Shown piece after piece: positions 31,283-41,981 of a stretch of DNA of 64,000 bases. Location: positions 32,001-96,000 of the forward strand of contig JAZRKN010000001.1 in NCBI GenBank assembly GCA_045646345.1, given 5' to 3'. The stretch comes from Candidatus Scatovivens sp. (GTDB taxonomy: Bacteria; Bacillota; Clostridia; TANB77; CAG-508). The notes under the pieces were generated by a model that saw only the letters and a program-made list of their open reading frames with translations, made no database searches and was not told where the DNA came from. The stretch's first letter is position 1; each line of letters starts with the position of its first letter. The position numbers and the translations under genes are program-made.

Positions 31283-32047
31283 TTATTCTACATTTTCTCT
31301 TTTTCTTTTTGATATTACTATATCTCCAAAAGTTTCTTCTTGTTCTGCATTTATTTTATTTCTTCTACTTAATTCTAAAACACTAGAAAATGCTGTTACA
31401 ACTTCTGCTTTTGGTTTCTCATTCAGCGAAAACAATTTATTAAACACAAACTTTGGTCTTTTTACTAACTCTCTAAAGATATCTTTTACTTTATCAGCAA
31501 CTGAGAAAGTATCAAAAACCGCTATTTTTTCTATATTTTCTTTCTGTTCATTTTTCTTATTTTCGTTTCGTTCTATTAATTCTTTATATCTTTCAACAAT
31601 ATCATTAACTGTAAATTCTTTTTCTAATTCTTGCTTCGGAAGTTCAACCTTATCTGGCATTTTATAAAGTCTTTTTGAAAAGACTTGTATTCTTTCTCTA
31701 AAAGTTTTTGTTATTTCTTTATATTTTTTGTATTCAATAATTCTTCTTAATAACTCTTCTTCGGTTAATTCTTCTTCATCTTCTGAATCTTTTGGAAGCA
31801 ATCCTTTAGATTTTACTAACAACAAAGTAGATGCCATAACTAAAAATTCACTTGCAATCTCTAAATTTAATTCTTCTTGTTCTTTTAAATATTGAATATA
31901 TTGATCAGTTATATCTGATATGCTTACTTTGTATATGTCCATTTTATTTTTATCTATTAAATAACACAGTAAATCTAATGGACCTTCAAAGTTATCCAAT
32001 CTTAATTCATATTTTTTTGATTCTAATGAAATTATCTTGTTATTCAT
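31283..32047 (-). CDS. scpA: Segregation and condensation protein A (kleisin)
   Basis: FEGPLDLL...ITDQY...SEFLVMASTLLLVKSK.LLP; C-terminal LEL...Q...FGDI. Confidence 0.95.
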   Translation of the reverse strand: MNNKIISLESKKYELRLDNFEGPLDLLCYLIDKNKMDIYKVSISDITDQYIQYLKEQEELNLEIASEFLVMASTLLLVKSKGLLPKDSEDEEELTEEELLRRIIEYKKYKEITKTFRERIQVFSKRLYKMPDKVELPKQELEKEFTVNDIVERYKELIERNENKKNEQKENIEKIAVFDTFSVADKVKDIFRELVKRPKFVFNKLFSLNEKPKAEVVTAFSSVLELSRRNKINAEQEETFGDIVISKRKRENVE

Positions 32048-32069
32048 TTCTTCCCTACTTCTTTTTTGT

Positions 32070-32540
32070 TTATTCCAATTCATCAAAAGCTATACTTATA
32101 GATTCGCTCATATAACCTTTTTTTAATAAGAATTCTCTTATTTCGTTCTTCTCTAAAGTTCCTTGTTTTTTTAATATAAGAGCCTTTGCAGAAGATATCT
32201 CATATTCTAACACACTTTCTTTATTTTGGCAAATGTAATCATCAACCAAATTTTTGCTTATTCCTTTTTGACAAATTTTATAAGCAAGCTCTTTTATTGA
32301 CATTTTTTTCAATGCCATATATTCCTTTACTGCTCTTTCTACATAATTGCTGTCATTAATATAATTTAATTCTTTAAAGTATTCTATTGCATCCTCTACC
32401 ATATTTTCATCTTCTTCTGAAAATTTTTGTCGAATTTCTTGTTCACTTCTTTTTTTATATACAATATATTTTAACATTTTATTTCTTAATTTCTCTATTC
32501 TTTCCGCTTCTTCAAATTTTTCTTTACTCATATATTCCAT
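32070..32540 (-). CDS. recX: Regulatory protein RecX
   Basis: RSEQEIRQK, LNYIND, KGI, FLLKKGY; directly downstream of recA. Confidence 0.88.
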   Translation of the reverse strand: MEYMSKEKFEEAERIEKLRNKMLKYIVYKKRSEQEIRQKFSEEDENMVEDAIEYFKELNYINDSNYVERAVKEYMALKKMSIKELAYKICQKGISKNLVDDYICQNKESVLEYEISSAKALILKKQGTLEKNEIREFLLKKGYMSESISIAFDELE

Positions 32541-32703
32541 TTCACATACCTCTTTTCATGCAATTTAATCCATATTTAAAAACTATTAATATTCATATAT
32601 AAGAATATTAGGTGACATTTAATGCCACCTAATACTGTATTAAGCTATAAAATTTATATATTAGGAAATCATAATAGTTTTTACTATATAGATTAAATAT
32701 ATT

Positions 32704-33771
32704 TTATTCTCCATCTTCTGTTGGTTCAATATCTTGTTCTTCGTCTACTTCACCTTCATCTGTTAGCGCATTTTCAAAAGCTTTATTAAAATTATCTCTA
32801 ACTTTTTTCTCTACTTCAGCCATAAATTTAGGATCTTCTGCTAATAATTTCTTAACATTCTCACGTCCTTGTCCTATTTTTTCTCCATTATAACTAAACC
32901 ATGAACCCGCTTTTTCAATTATATCCAATGTTACAGCTAAGTCTAGTACACTTCCTTCTTTTGAAATTTCTTTACCATATACTATATCAAATTCAGCCTC
33001 TCTAAATGGAGGTGCAACTTTATTTTTAACAACTTTAACTCTTGTTCTATTTCCAACAACTTCTCCATCTTGTTTTATTGCTTCAACTCTTCTAATGTCC
33101 ATTCTTACAGAAGCGTAATATTTTAATGCTCTACCACCAGCTGTTGTTTCTGGATTTCCAAACATTACTCCAACTTTTTCTCTTAATTGATTTATAAAGA
33201 TTATTGTTGCTTTTGTTTTGTTAATTGTTCCAGCTAATTTTCTTAATGCTTGAGACATTAATCTAGCTTGTAAACCAACATGAGCATCTCCCATATCACC
33301 ATCAATTTCAGCTTTTGGAACTAATGCAGCTACAGAGTCTACTACAACTATATCTATAGCTCCACTTCTAATTAATGCTTCAGCTATTTCTAAAGCTTGT
33401 TCTCCAGTATCTGGTTGAGATACAATTAAATTATCTATATCTACACCTATTTTTTTTGCATAAGCAGGATCCAAAGCATGTTCTGCATCAATAAATGCTG
33501 CTTCTCCACCAGTTTTTTGTGCCTCTGCAACAGCATGTAAAGCAAGCGTTGTTTTACCAGAAGATTCTGGTCCATAAATTTCTATTATTCTTCCTCTTGG
33601 TATACCACCAATACCTAAAGCTATATCTAAATTCAAAGCTCCTGTTGAAATTGCGTCAACACTAGTCTCTTTAAAATCTCCTAATTTCATTACAGAACCT
33701 TTTCCAAATTGTTTTTCTATTTGACTCATTGCAGCATCTAATGCTTTTCTTTTTTCTGAATTGTTTCCCAT
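32704..33771 (-). CDS. recA: Recombinase RecA
   Basis: [34 protein letters not shown]. Confidence 0.99.
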   Translation of the reverse strand: MGNNSEKRKALDAAMSQIEKQFGKGSVMKLGDFKETSVDAISTGALNLDIALGIGGIPRGRIIEIYGPESSGKTTLALHAVAEAQKTGGEAAFIDAEHALDPAYAKKIGVDIDNLIVSQPDTGEQALEIAEALIRSGAIDIVVVDSVAALVPKAEIDGDMGDAHVGLQARLMSQALRKLAGTINKTKATIIFINQLREKVGVMFGNPETTAGGRALKYYASVRMDIRRVEAIKQDGEVVGNRTRVKVVKNKVAPPFREAEFDIVYGKEISKEGSVLDLAVTLDIIEKAGSWFSYNGEKIGQGRENVKKLLAEDPKFMAEVEKKVRDNFNKAFENALTDEGEVDEEQDIEPTEDGE

Positions 33772-33785
33772 TTATTTTTCCTCCT

Positions 33786-33845
33786 AACAAATGTTTGTTT
33801 GTAAAACTTATGTTCTTATTATATCTTTAATTTTTCTTTTGTCAA
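33786..33845 (-). promoter_or_regulatory. recA sigma-A promoter with LexA/SOS (Cheo-type) box
   Basis: Minus strand TTGACA (33840-33845), 16 nt, TATAAT (33818-33823), then GAACATAAGTTT (33804-33815) and a weaker AAACATTTGTTA. Confidence 0.8.
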
Positions 33846-33929
33846 TACTTTTTTCAAAAAAATTATAACTTTATTTTTTCGCTTTTTATAAAGCAATTAC
33901 CGTTCTAGCAACAAACGTTTTTTCGCCTT

Positions 33930-35519
33930 TTATTGTCTATACCATTTTTCTATATTATGGTAAATATTAAATGCATTTGCTGTTATATTTCCTACCAATC
34001 CTTGATTAGTTACAATAATATCTGTTTCTCTATATAATCCAATATACGGAGCTTCTTCTAAATAAATTTCAAACAATCTATTGTATTTTTCATGTAATAT
34101 ATGTTCGTCACTTGTATTTGAAATTGCATTCATAATTTCAGCAACCTCTCCATTGTAATAATTAGCAATATTTCCTTCACCGAAGAAAGTCGTTACACTT
34201 GGAGAATATGAATTTTGAATTCCAGTTATTATAACATCATAACTTCTTTTATTTATTGCATTCGCATAATTTTCAGCAGATAAATAATTTATCGTTACAG
34301 GAACTCCAAAACTTGCAAACTGAGCTTTTAAATTTTCTGCAACAGAAACTCTTTGTTTATTATTAGCATTTATAGTTAATGAAAATTCAATTTTTTTTGT
34401 ACCATTTTCCGTTCTTTTTATCCAATTGGTACTAGTTCTTTCCCAACCATTATTATATAGAATTTGAGCTGCTAATTCTGTATCAATTTGAGTATTTAAA
34501 TCTTTTGTATATAACCAAGACCCCATGTCCAAATTAAAATTCGATGGAACATGTCCTGGTCCCAAACATGTTGCAATAATATTATTTTTATCGATAGCTA
34601 AACTTAAAGCTTTCCTTACTGCGGGTTCTGCTAACAAATCATTTGCCGTATTAAACGCTATAAAATCATAATTTCTTGTTTTGTATTCAGTCTTATTGTA
34701 TCCTAGTGTTCCAATATATGTTTCTATATCTGTTATTTTTACAGTTAATAAATCTATTTCTCCATTTTTGAAAGCAGCATATGCTTCTCCAGTACTTCCA
34801 AATAATTTTATATTTATCTTTGTTGCCATTGGTTTTCTTGAAACATCCCAATACAATTCATTTGGTACAAGATTTATTACATTTGAACTAAATTCATCAA
34901 TTCTAAACATTCCTGTCCCTATTGGTATTTTTTCACTTGTTGGAAAATCTTCTTCCATATAATAATTTTGACACATAATTGGAAATGTTAAATTATATTC
35001 AAAAAATGATACTGGTTCATCTAAAACTATTTTTATAGTATTACTATCAATCACTTCCGTTGCAGCAATATGTTTTACATTTTCAAAATATATCGGACTA
35101 AATCCACCATGTCTGATTAAGTTAATTGTATATTCTACATCTGAAGCAGTAAAATTGGTTCTGTCTTCCCATAAAACACCTTTTCTTAGTTTGATTATAT
35201 ATGTAGTTTCTTCTGTTTTTGCAATTTCTTCTGCTAAACAATATTTTAATTTATAATTACCATCTAAAGTTACAAGCGGATCATAAATTAGTTTTGTCAA
35301 TTCCATTACATTTCTATTTCTAGTAAGCAAAGGGTTAAATGTATCCATTCCTGAAATTGCAAATCTTAATTCTGTTTGAATATTACTTAGTGTAGAAGTT
35401 TGATCCAAATTGTACTCTGCCGAATCATCCTTATTTTGTATTATTATATACACCGTATAGCAAACTAAAAAAATAACAACAACTGCAAAAATATACTTAA
35501 AAAAATTATTATTATTCAT
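33930..35519 (-). CDS. Family 5 (peptide/nickel) ABC substrate-binding protein, orphan
   Basis: NPL, IYDPLV, FTASDVEYT, PIGTGMF, VRKALSLAID; N-terminal TM anchor; no permeases adjacent. Confidence 0.9.
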   Translation of the reverse strand: MNNNNFFKYIFAVVVIFLVCYTVYIIIQNKDDSAEYNLDQTSTLSNIQTELRFAISGMDTFNPLLTRNRNVMELTKLIYDPLVTLDGNYKLKYCLAEEIAKTEETTYIIKLRKGVLWEDRTNFTASDVEYTINLIRHGGFSPIYFENVKHIAATEVIDSNTIKIVLDEPVSFFEYNLTFPIMCQNYYMEEDFPTSEKIPIGTGMFRIDEFSSNVINLVPNELYWDVSRKPMATKINIKLFGSTGEAYAAFKNGEIDLLTVKITDIETYIGTLGYNKTEYKTRNYDFIAFNTANDLLAEPAVRKALSLAIDKNNIIATCLGPGHVPSNFNLDMGSWLYTKDLNTQIDTELAAQILYNNGWERTSTNWIKRTENGTKKIEFSLTINANNKQRVSVAENLKAQFASFGVPVTINYLSAENYANAINKRSYDVIITGIQNSYSPSVTTFFGEGNIANYYNGEVAEIMNAISNTSDEHILHEKYNRLFEIYLEEAPYIGLYRETDIIVTNQGLVGNITANAFNIYHNIEKWYRQ

Positions 35520-35646
35520 ACTTTATTACCTTTCTCTTTTCACAATAATATATTATTTTTTTCACATTTTCAATATAAAAAAACTAATTCTTATAACTTT
35601 ATTAAAGCTATAAGAATTAGTTATACTAAATCTATTTTATTTATAA

Positions 35647-35910
35647 TTATTTTCTTGATTCTATAATTAGTTTTATACCTGTTCTATCTTCTCCTTCTAC
35701 TTGAACTTCTGCAAACGCTGGTATACAAACCAAATCCACACCGGCTGGCGCAACAAATCCTCGCGCTATCGCAACTGCTTTTATTGCTTGATTCAAAGCT
35801 CCTGCTCCTATTGCTTGCATCTCTGCTCTTGTAGATTCTTTTACCAAACCAGCTATTGCTCCTGCAACTGAATTTGGGTTTGATTTTGATGAAATTTTTA
35901 AAACTTCCAT
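35647..35910 (-). CDS. spoVS: Stage V sporulation protein S
   Basis: MEVLKISSKSNPNSVAGAIAG...AIGAGALNQAIKAVAIARGF. Confidence 0.98.
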   Translation of the reverse strand: MEVLKISSKSNPNSVAGAIAGLVKESTRAEMQAIGAGALNQAIKAVAIARGFVAPAGVDLVCIPAFAEVQVEGEDRTGIKLIIESRK

Positions 35911-36251
35911 TTTTCTTCCTCCTATTATTTTTATTTTATCTTGTGTTTCGATAAATAAATTTTACACCTCAAAAGCTTGTCTAGTCTAGCAAATCTCATC
36001 TTCAAAGTTCTATCATTTTCTTATTTTTTTGACATTTTATTTAAAATTTTCTGTATTTTTTTGAGCAAAAAATACACTTCTAGTCGAAATCTAAAATTCC
36101 TTGTCGATATTTACATGTTTTTTATTTTAAAATGTAATAGTAATGTAATCATTTTAATATTTTAATAAATAATATTTAGTGATATAATTGCATCATAATA
36201 CTATAGAGGAGAAGTAGGCAAACGTCCAGTAATTTGCTGAAATATTGTACA

Positions 36252-36617
36252 ATGAAAAGAAAAAATAATCGTCGCGCACGCATCCGTCTTAACATCAATC
36301 GCATTCTTGGAATCTTCGTTCTGATCGCATTCGTTGCTCTTTTTGTAAATCTTGCATCTCCTGAGGTGCAGGCAGCAGACCACATGGAAAATTCCACTGG
36401 TTACATTCGCTACGAGTACGTTAATATGCGTTCTAAACCTACCACAACTTCTAACATCGTTGACGTCATTTACGAAAGTTCTACTGTTACCTTCACCGGA
36501 AACTATATTGAGTACTTTTTAGATGATGTTCACCCTGTTTGGGTTGAGGTAGAATACGATGGACACACTGGGTGGATTGTTGTTGAATCTGTCAGCGGAT
36601 TTAGCATGCGAGGCTAA
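36252..36617 (+). CDS. Secreted or anchored single bacterial SH3 domain protein
   Basis: Basic plus hydrophobic N-terminus; VNMRSKPTTTS...WVEVEYDGHTGWI SH3b pattern. Confidence 0.8.
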   Translation: MKRKNNRRARIRLNINRILGIFVLIAFVALFVNLASPEVQAADHMENSTGYIRYEYVNMRSKPTTTSNIVDVIYESSTVTFTGNYIEYFLDDVHPVWVEVEYDGHTGWIVVESVSGFSMRG

Positions 36618-36625
36618 GCCCAAAG

Positions 36626-36666
36626 AAAAAACGAGAATGGAAAGCTAATTCCTATCTCGTTTTTTT
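36626..36666. terminator. Bidirectional terminator between convergent genes
   Basis: AAAAAACGAGA...TCTCGTTTTTT inverted repeat. Confidence 0.7.
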
Positions 36667-36679
36667 ATTTAAATAAAAT

Positions 36680-37450
36680 TTATTTATTTATTCTTTCTAT
36701 CTTAATAACTTTATTTGTTTTATCATCTATTTCAAATAAGCAACTATTAAATTTTCCTTTACCCTCTGCTGTTTTATATTTTTCTGGAAGAGATGTTTCA
36801 AATCTTTTTATTGAAGCTCCAATGTCCATTCCTATTACTGATTTTGAAGGACCTGTCATTCCTATATCTGTTATATAACCAGTTCCTTTTTCTAAAATCG
36901 TTTCATCTGCTGTTTGAACATGAGTATGTGTTCCAAATAAAACAGTTATTTCTCCATCTAAATAGTAACTCAAAGCAATTTTTTCTGCAGTTGCTTCAGC
37001 ATGAAAATCTATAACAATTATATCAGCTTCTTTTTTTACCTTTTCTACAATCTCTTTTGCTATTGTAAATGGATTATCTGAAAGAACAGACATTGATGTT
37101 CTTCCTATTAGATTTATTACTGCTATTTTTTTGCCTCTACATGTATAAATATCATACCCACGTCCAGGATTATTTTTTGAATAATTTGCTGGTCTAATTA
37201 TTTGTTTATCATTTATAAAATTAAATATTTCTTTTTTCCCCCAAGTATGGTTCCCCATTGTAACAACATTAACATTTAATGCTAATATATCTCTATACAT
37301 TTTTTCTGTGATTCCCATACCATCAGCTGCATTCTCACCATTTACTATTATAAAATCTATTTCATTTTCTTTAATTACATTTGGCAATACTTCTTTTAAT
37401 TTTTGAAGACCTGTTTTTCCAACAATATCTCCTACCGCTAAAATTTTCAT
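36680..37450 (-). CDS. ymdB: YmdB/TIGR00282 metallophosphoesterase
   Basis: GDIVG, NGEN, TMGNH, RPAN, DFHAEATAEK, GTHTHVQT, DIGMTG; start moved to MKILAVG. Confidence 0.95.
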   Translation of the reverse strand: MKILAVGDIVGKTGLQKLKEVLPNVIKENEIDFIIVNGENAADGMGITEKMYRDILALNVNVVTMGNHTWGKKEIFNFINDKQIIRPANYSKNNPGRGYDIYTCRGKKIAVINLIGRTSMSVLSDNPFTIAKEIVEKVKKEADIIVIDFHAEATAEKIALSYYLDGEITVLFGTHTHVQTADETILEKGTGYITDIGMTGPSKSVIGMDIGASIKRFETSLPEKYKTAEGKGKFNSCLFEIDDKTNKVIKIERINK

Positions 37451-37521
37451 TAACATTCTCCTTAATCTTTTTTCATCATTTATAATTTTACCATAATATA
37501 TAGTTTTTATCAAGAACAAAT

Positions 37522-37558
37522 AAAAAGGAGGCCGGACATTGTCCGACCCCCGCTTTTT
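37522..37558 (-). terminator. GC-rich hairpin terminator
   Basis: GGAGGCCGGACA-T-TGTCCGACCCCC flanked by A and T runs. Confidence 0.6.
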
Positions 37559-39317
37559 ATGAGAGATGTTCTTTAAAGCTGATATCAATTACAATATTGA
37601 TTCCTTCTTCGCTTTCAGATTCATAGAATTCAACATTTACTTTTGCACCAGCTTTAAGCTTCATCGGCTGCATACTACTATTCTCAATAGAAGAAATAAA
37701 GATTTCGTTCTCTTTTCCTTCAAAAGTGAAGTAGTAATATGTGTAGCCTTCAATTTGTGCCTCTTCAACTTCAGCAATTACACCATATTGGTATTTCGTT
37801 TCCTTGGATTCTTCCTCTTCTTCAATTTCGTTCTCTACACCCATTGTTTCTTTATAGAGCTTGAGTGCATCTTCAAGATTTTCTGCCTGAACACATCTTG
37901 CGTAGTTTGCTACGTTACAGAATGCGTATCTTTTAATCAAACCACCTGCGTCTTTAAGTACCATGAAATATGTTTCAATTCCATCTACATTTACGACAGT
38001 TGGGAAAGATGCAGAATATCTGAGGTCAGAAACCAAACCTTCTGCAGCCATCTGTGCAGAAGCTTCTTCAGCACCAGTAGCTTCATAGTAAGTAAACTTG
38101 TGGTTTACCGGATCAATAAGCAAAAATCCAATGTTAGTTTCAGCATTGTTTGCAGGAGTAAGGCCAGTATAGAACATAACCTTATTATCCTCAGTCACAA
38201 TACTGTTGTATCCTTCAAAAGGAGTATGCTTATTTGCTTCTTTGTCGCTCTTAGTATCATCAGAACTTGCAGACTGTTCTTGGTCTTTGTAATAATAAGA
38301 AGTCTTATAAACTCCAGTCTTGGAAGTGACAGCATTCCACCAACCATCCCAAAGACTATAATGCCAGTCAACAAGATTCATCAAATAGCTTACAGAGTTC
38401 ACGTGATCAATCCAGCTAGGGATCTTATCCATTGCATATTCATCAGTATGTCCTGTTACAGCATTCGTAACAAGCACAGAAGTTGTCATTAAACCACCTC
38501 TCATACCAATCTGAGGAGTCTTAACTGCGGTAATCCAGAAAGGAGTTCCTTCGTCGTCGACTTCAAAGAAATGCTTACCAAAGATATAGCTAGGATACTG
38601 GCCTCTAAGATGACGATCAAGATCATAACCGAAACATGCGGAAGGAGAATACTTCATATTTTCTTCCAATTCCACAAACTGAGCTTCTTTTTTAGGATCT
38701 TTAGCATCTACCAAAATATAGCCGGGAATACCAGTGTCATCAGCTTTAAAATATTTAAAGAGACCACCATAATTAATCGGGCTAATACGGTATTTTGTGC
38801 CATTGATTACTACCAGATTATATTCCGAATCAATTTCATACCAATAGGAATTCGGAATCTTAGCAGCTACTCGCTGGCCAGTCTGACGCGCAGTTCTTAC
38901 ATCCACAACAACGAGTTCTTCCAAATTGATTTTCGCAATATCTTCATCGAAATTTCCGTTTTCAATTGTAATCAAATTGCTGTGTTCTTTAGGTTGTACC
39001 ATTGTACCACCAATAATAGCAGTAACAATAAACACAAGCAATAAGACTCCTGTTGCAGAAATAATCACGATAGTTGGAATATGTCCTTCACCATACGTTC
39101 CCTCACGCTCATTGACAATTGCATTAGCAATCAGAAACGCGACGGTAGCAATGACTCCCATAACAATACAGAACCACCAAAAACCACTGGATGCAAAACT
39201 AATTGCAGGAAGCGCAAAGTAGTTAATTGCCAAACCAAGCAGAATAGTTACACCAAGTGCAACTGCTCCAGCAATTAACCGAGACGCCAACGTGTTATTG
39301 CCTTTTTCTTTTCTCAT
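37557..39317 (-). CDS. Hypothetical membrane protein (three N-terminal TMs plus large extracytoplasmic domain)
   Basis: Long ORF; probable start at 39317 behind GTGAGG; visibly more GC-rich than neighbours. Confidence 0.8.
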   Translation of the reverse strand: MRKEKGNNTLASRLIAGAVALGVTILLGLAINYFALPAISFASSGFWWFCIVMGVIATVAFLIANAIVNEREGTYGEGHIPTIVIISATGVLLLVFIVTAIIGGTMVQPKEHSNLITIENGNFDEDIAKINLEELVVVDVRTARQTGQRVAAKIPNSYWYEIDSEYNLVVINGTKYRISPINYGGLFKYFKADDTGIPGYILVDAKDPKKEAQFVELEENMKYSPSACFGYDLDRHLRGQYPSYIFGKHFFEVDDEGTPFWITAVKTPQIGMRGGLMTTSVLVTNAVTGHTDEYAMDKIPSWIDHVNSVSYLMNLVDWHYSLWDGWWNAVTSKTGVYKTSYYYKDQEQSASSDDTKSDKEANKHTPFEGYNSIVTEDNKVMFYTGLTPANNAETNIGFLLIDPVNHKFTYYEATGAEEASAQMAAEGLVSDLRYSASFPTVVNVDGIETYFMVLKDAGGLIKRYAFCNVANYARCVQAENLEDALKLYKETMGVENEIEEEEESKETKYQYGVIAEVEEAQIEGYTYYYFTFEGKENEIFISSIENSSMQPMKLKAGAKVNVEFYESESEEGINIVIDISFKEHLS

Positions 39318-39541
39318 AAATGTCCTCACTTTCTGGGCAATTGCCCATTCAAAATTTTTCATTTTGCTGTCATTATTATTATATCATATTTTATGTAAAT
39401 TAACAAATATTTAAAAAAGCATACTTTTGACAAATTATGTCAAAAATACGCTTTTATTGATACTTTCTATTCTTCTTTTATCTTTTATTAGCTCTTTTTT
39501 TCTATCTTTTTCTCGCTTACGCTAACTTTGACTTTTTTAGT

Positions 39542-40222
39542 TTATTCACAGTTAGCCATTGTTTTTCCTTCTCCACAAAGACCTTCGAAATCTTTAGTAA
39601 ATACATCAACAGCTGATGAAATATTTGGATTATTTATAAATCCATCTATTATATCAGGAGCAACAGTTGATGCACCAACTCCATACTCGCAAAGTTCTAA
39701 AACTTGTAATGAGTTTTTAAAGCTTGCTGCCAAGATTTGTGTTTTTAGACCGTTGTTTTCAAAAATATCATGTATCTTTCTAGTTACTTCTATTCCATTT
39801 GTTCCTAAATTATCAATTCTATTTACATATGGAGCAGCATAATCAGCTCCAGCTTTTGCAGCCAAATACGCTTGTATTGGGGTATAAATTGCAGTAGCTG
39901 TAATTTTATATCCTTCTTTAGATAATATTTTCATCGCTTTAAGACCTTCTGGAACTGTAGGAATTTTTATAAAAGTATTTTTTCCTAAAGTATCTACAAT
40001 TTTATGACCTTCTTTAATCATTTCTTCTGCTGTTTTTGAAACAACTTGCACATGAAGTTCGGCTTCATTTCCAATAAATTCTCTAATTTCTTTTAATGTT
40101 TCATATGGATTTTTTCCATTTTTAGCTAATATAGATGGATTTGTCGTAACTCCATCTACAGCATAATATTCATAAATCTTTCTAATTTTTTCTATATTTG
40201 CATCATCTATAAGTAATTTCAT
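39542..40222 (-). CDS. fsa: Fructose-6-phosphate aldolase (transaldolase family)
   Basis: GVTTNPS, Schiff-base IKIP; Gln in HVQV and Tyr in APYVNR are the FSA-type rather than the Tal-type residues. Confidence 0.85.
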   Translation of the reverse strand: MKLLIDDANIEKIRKIYEYYAVDGVTTNPSILAKNGKNPYETLKEIREFIGNEAELHVQVVSKTAEEMIKEGHKIVDTLGKNTFIKIPTVPEGLKAMKILSKEGYKITATAIYTPIQAYLAAKAGADYAAPYVNRIDNLGTNGIEVTRKIHDIFENNGLKTQILAASFKNSLQVLELCEYGVGASTVAPDIIDGFINNPNISSAVDVFTKDFEGLCGEGKTMANCE

Positions 40223-40249
40223 TTTGTCTTCCCCCTAAAATCTTTTGTT

Positions 40250-41785
40250 TTATTCCCACTCTATTGTTGCTGGTGGCTTTCCTGTAATATCATAAACAAC
40301 TCTATTTACGTGTTTTACTTCATTTACAATTCTGCTTGAAACTTTTTCTAAAATTTCAAATGGAATCTTACTCCAACTTGCAGTCATAAAATCAGATGTT
40401 GTAACAGCTCTTAAAGCAACAGTATAGTCGTATGTTCTTTCATCTCCCATTACACCAACACTTTTTAAATTTGTAAGTACTGCAAAATATTGATTAATTT
40501 CTTTATCTAATCCATAATTTGCAATTTCTTCTCTGAATATAAAATCAGCATCTCTTAGAATATCTAATTTATCTTTAGTTATATCTCCAATTACCCTTAT
40601 TGCCAATCCTGGTCCTGGGAATGGTTGACGATATACTAAATATTCTGGAAGCCCTAGTTCTAATCCAACTTTTCTAACTTCATCTTTAAATAAATCTCTT
40701 AAAGGTTCTATTATCTCTTTAAAATCAACATAGTCTGGTAAACCACCTACGTTATGATGACTTTTGATTGTTGATTTAGTTCCAGCTCCACTTTCAACTA
40801 CATCAGGATAAATTGTTCCTTGTACCAAGTAATCAACAGCACCAATTTTCTTTGCTTCTTCTTCAAATACTCTTATAAATTCTTCACCAATAATTTTTCT
40901 TTTTCTTTCTGGTTCTGTAACTCCAGCAAGTTTTCCTAAAAATCTTTCTGACGCATCTACTCTTATGAAGTTAACGTCTTCTCTATTTCCAAAAACAGCC
41001 ACAACTTCATCTGATTCATTTTTTCTTAATAGTCCATGATCTACAAATATACATGTTAAATTTTTCCCTATTGCTTTACTCATCAAAGCTGCTGCTACAG
41101 AAGAATCTACACCTCCTGATAATGCACATAAAGCTTTTTTATCTCCTACTTTTTCTTTAATAGCATTTATTGTAGCTTCTGCAAATGAATCCATTTTCCA
41201 GTCACCAGAACAACCACATACATTATAAACAAAATTTCTAATAACCATAGTTCCATTTTCTGAATGATTTACTTCAGGATGAAATTGAATTCCATAAAAA
41301 TTCTTTTCTGTATTTTGCATAGCTGCATTTGGACAATGAGCCGTTTTTCCTATATTTTCAAATCCATCTGGAAGTTTAGTAACAAAATCAGTATGACTCA
41401 TTAGAAAATTATTTACATTTCCAAAACCTTCAAATATTTTTGAAGTATTATTTATATCAACTTCAGTTACACCATATTCTCTTTTATCTGCTCTTTGAAC
41501 TTCTCCTCCTAAAACGTGAGTCATAAGTTGCATTCCATAGCAAATACCAAGAACTGGTATTCCTAAATTAAAAATTTCTTTATCACACATTGGGGCATTT
41601 TCTGCATATACATTATCCGGCCCACCTGTAAAAATAATACCTTTTGGATTTTTCTCTTTTATTTTTTCTACAGAGATATCAAAAGGTACGATTTCAGAGT
41701 AAACATTGCATTCTCTTACTCTTCTTGCAATTAATTGATTAAATTGACCATGAAAGTCTAAAATTAAAATTAGTTCTTTTTCCAT
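40250..41785 (-). CDS. guaA: GMP synthase (glutamine-hydrolysing)
   Basis: [37 protein letters not shown]. Confidence 0.98.
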   Translation of the reverse strand: MEKELILILDFHGQFNQLIARRVRECNVYSEIVPFDISVEKIKEKNPKGIIFTGGPDNVYAENAPMCDKEIFNLGIPVLGICYGMQLMTHVLGGEVQRADKREYGVTEVDINNTSKIFEGFGNVNNFLMSHTDFVTKLPDGFENIGKTAHCPNAAMQNTEKNFYGIQFHPEVNHSENGTMVIRNFVYNVCGCSGDWKMDSFAEATINAIKEKVGDKKALCALSGGVDSSVAAALMSKAIGKNLTCIFVDHGLLRKNESDEVVAVFGNREDVNFIRVDASERFLGKLAGVTEPERKRKIIGEEFIRVFEEEAKKIGAVDYLVQGTIYPDVVESGAGTKSTIKSHHNVGGLPDYVDFKEIIEPLRDLFKDEVRKVGLELGLPEYLVYRQPFPGPGLAIRVIGDITKDKLDILRDADFIFREEIANYGLDKEINQYFAVLTNLKSVGVMGDERTYDYTVALRAVTTSDFMTASWSKIPFEILEKVSSRIVNEVKHVNRVVYDITGKPPATIEWE

Positions 41786-41981
41786 TTTTTATTTCCTTTC
41801 AATTTTTTAGTGTCTCTAATCTTTATGTTCCCCTATTTAAATATGATAACAAGAATCTACAAAAAAATCAATACACTAAAACTACAAATAAGTATTTTAT
41901 ACAATATTAATATTATTTTATATAAACAAATAGCGGAATTGGATGAATCCAATCCCGCCATGTGTAATTCATTGATAGTTA

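Noticed and set aside
37566-39278. Long plus-strand ORFs (308 aa, 157 aa and others)
   Set aside because: Antisense shadows of the higher-GC minus-strand gene; implausible composition
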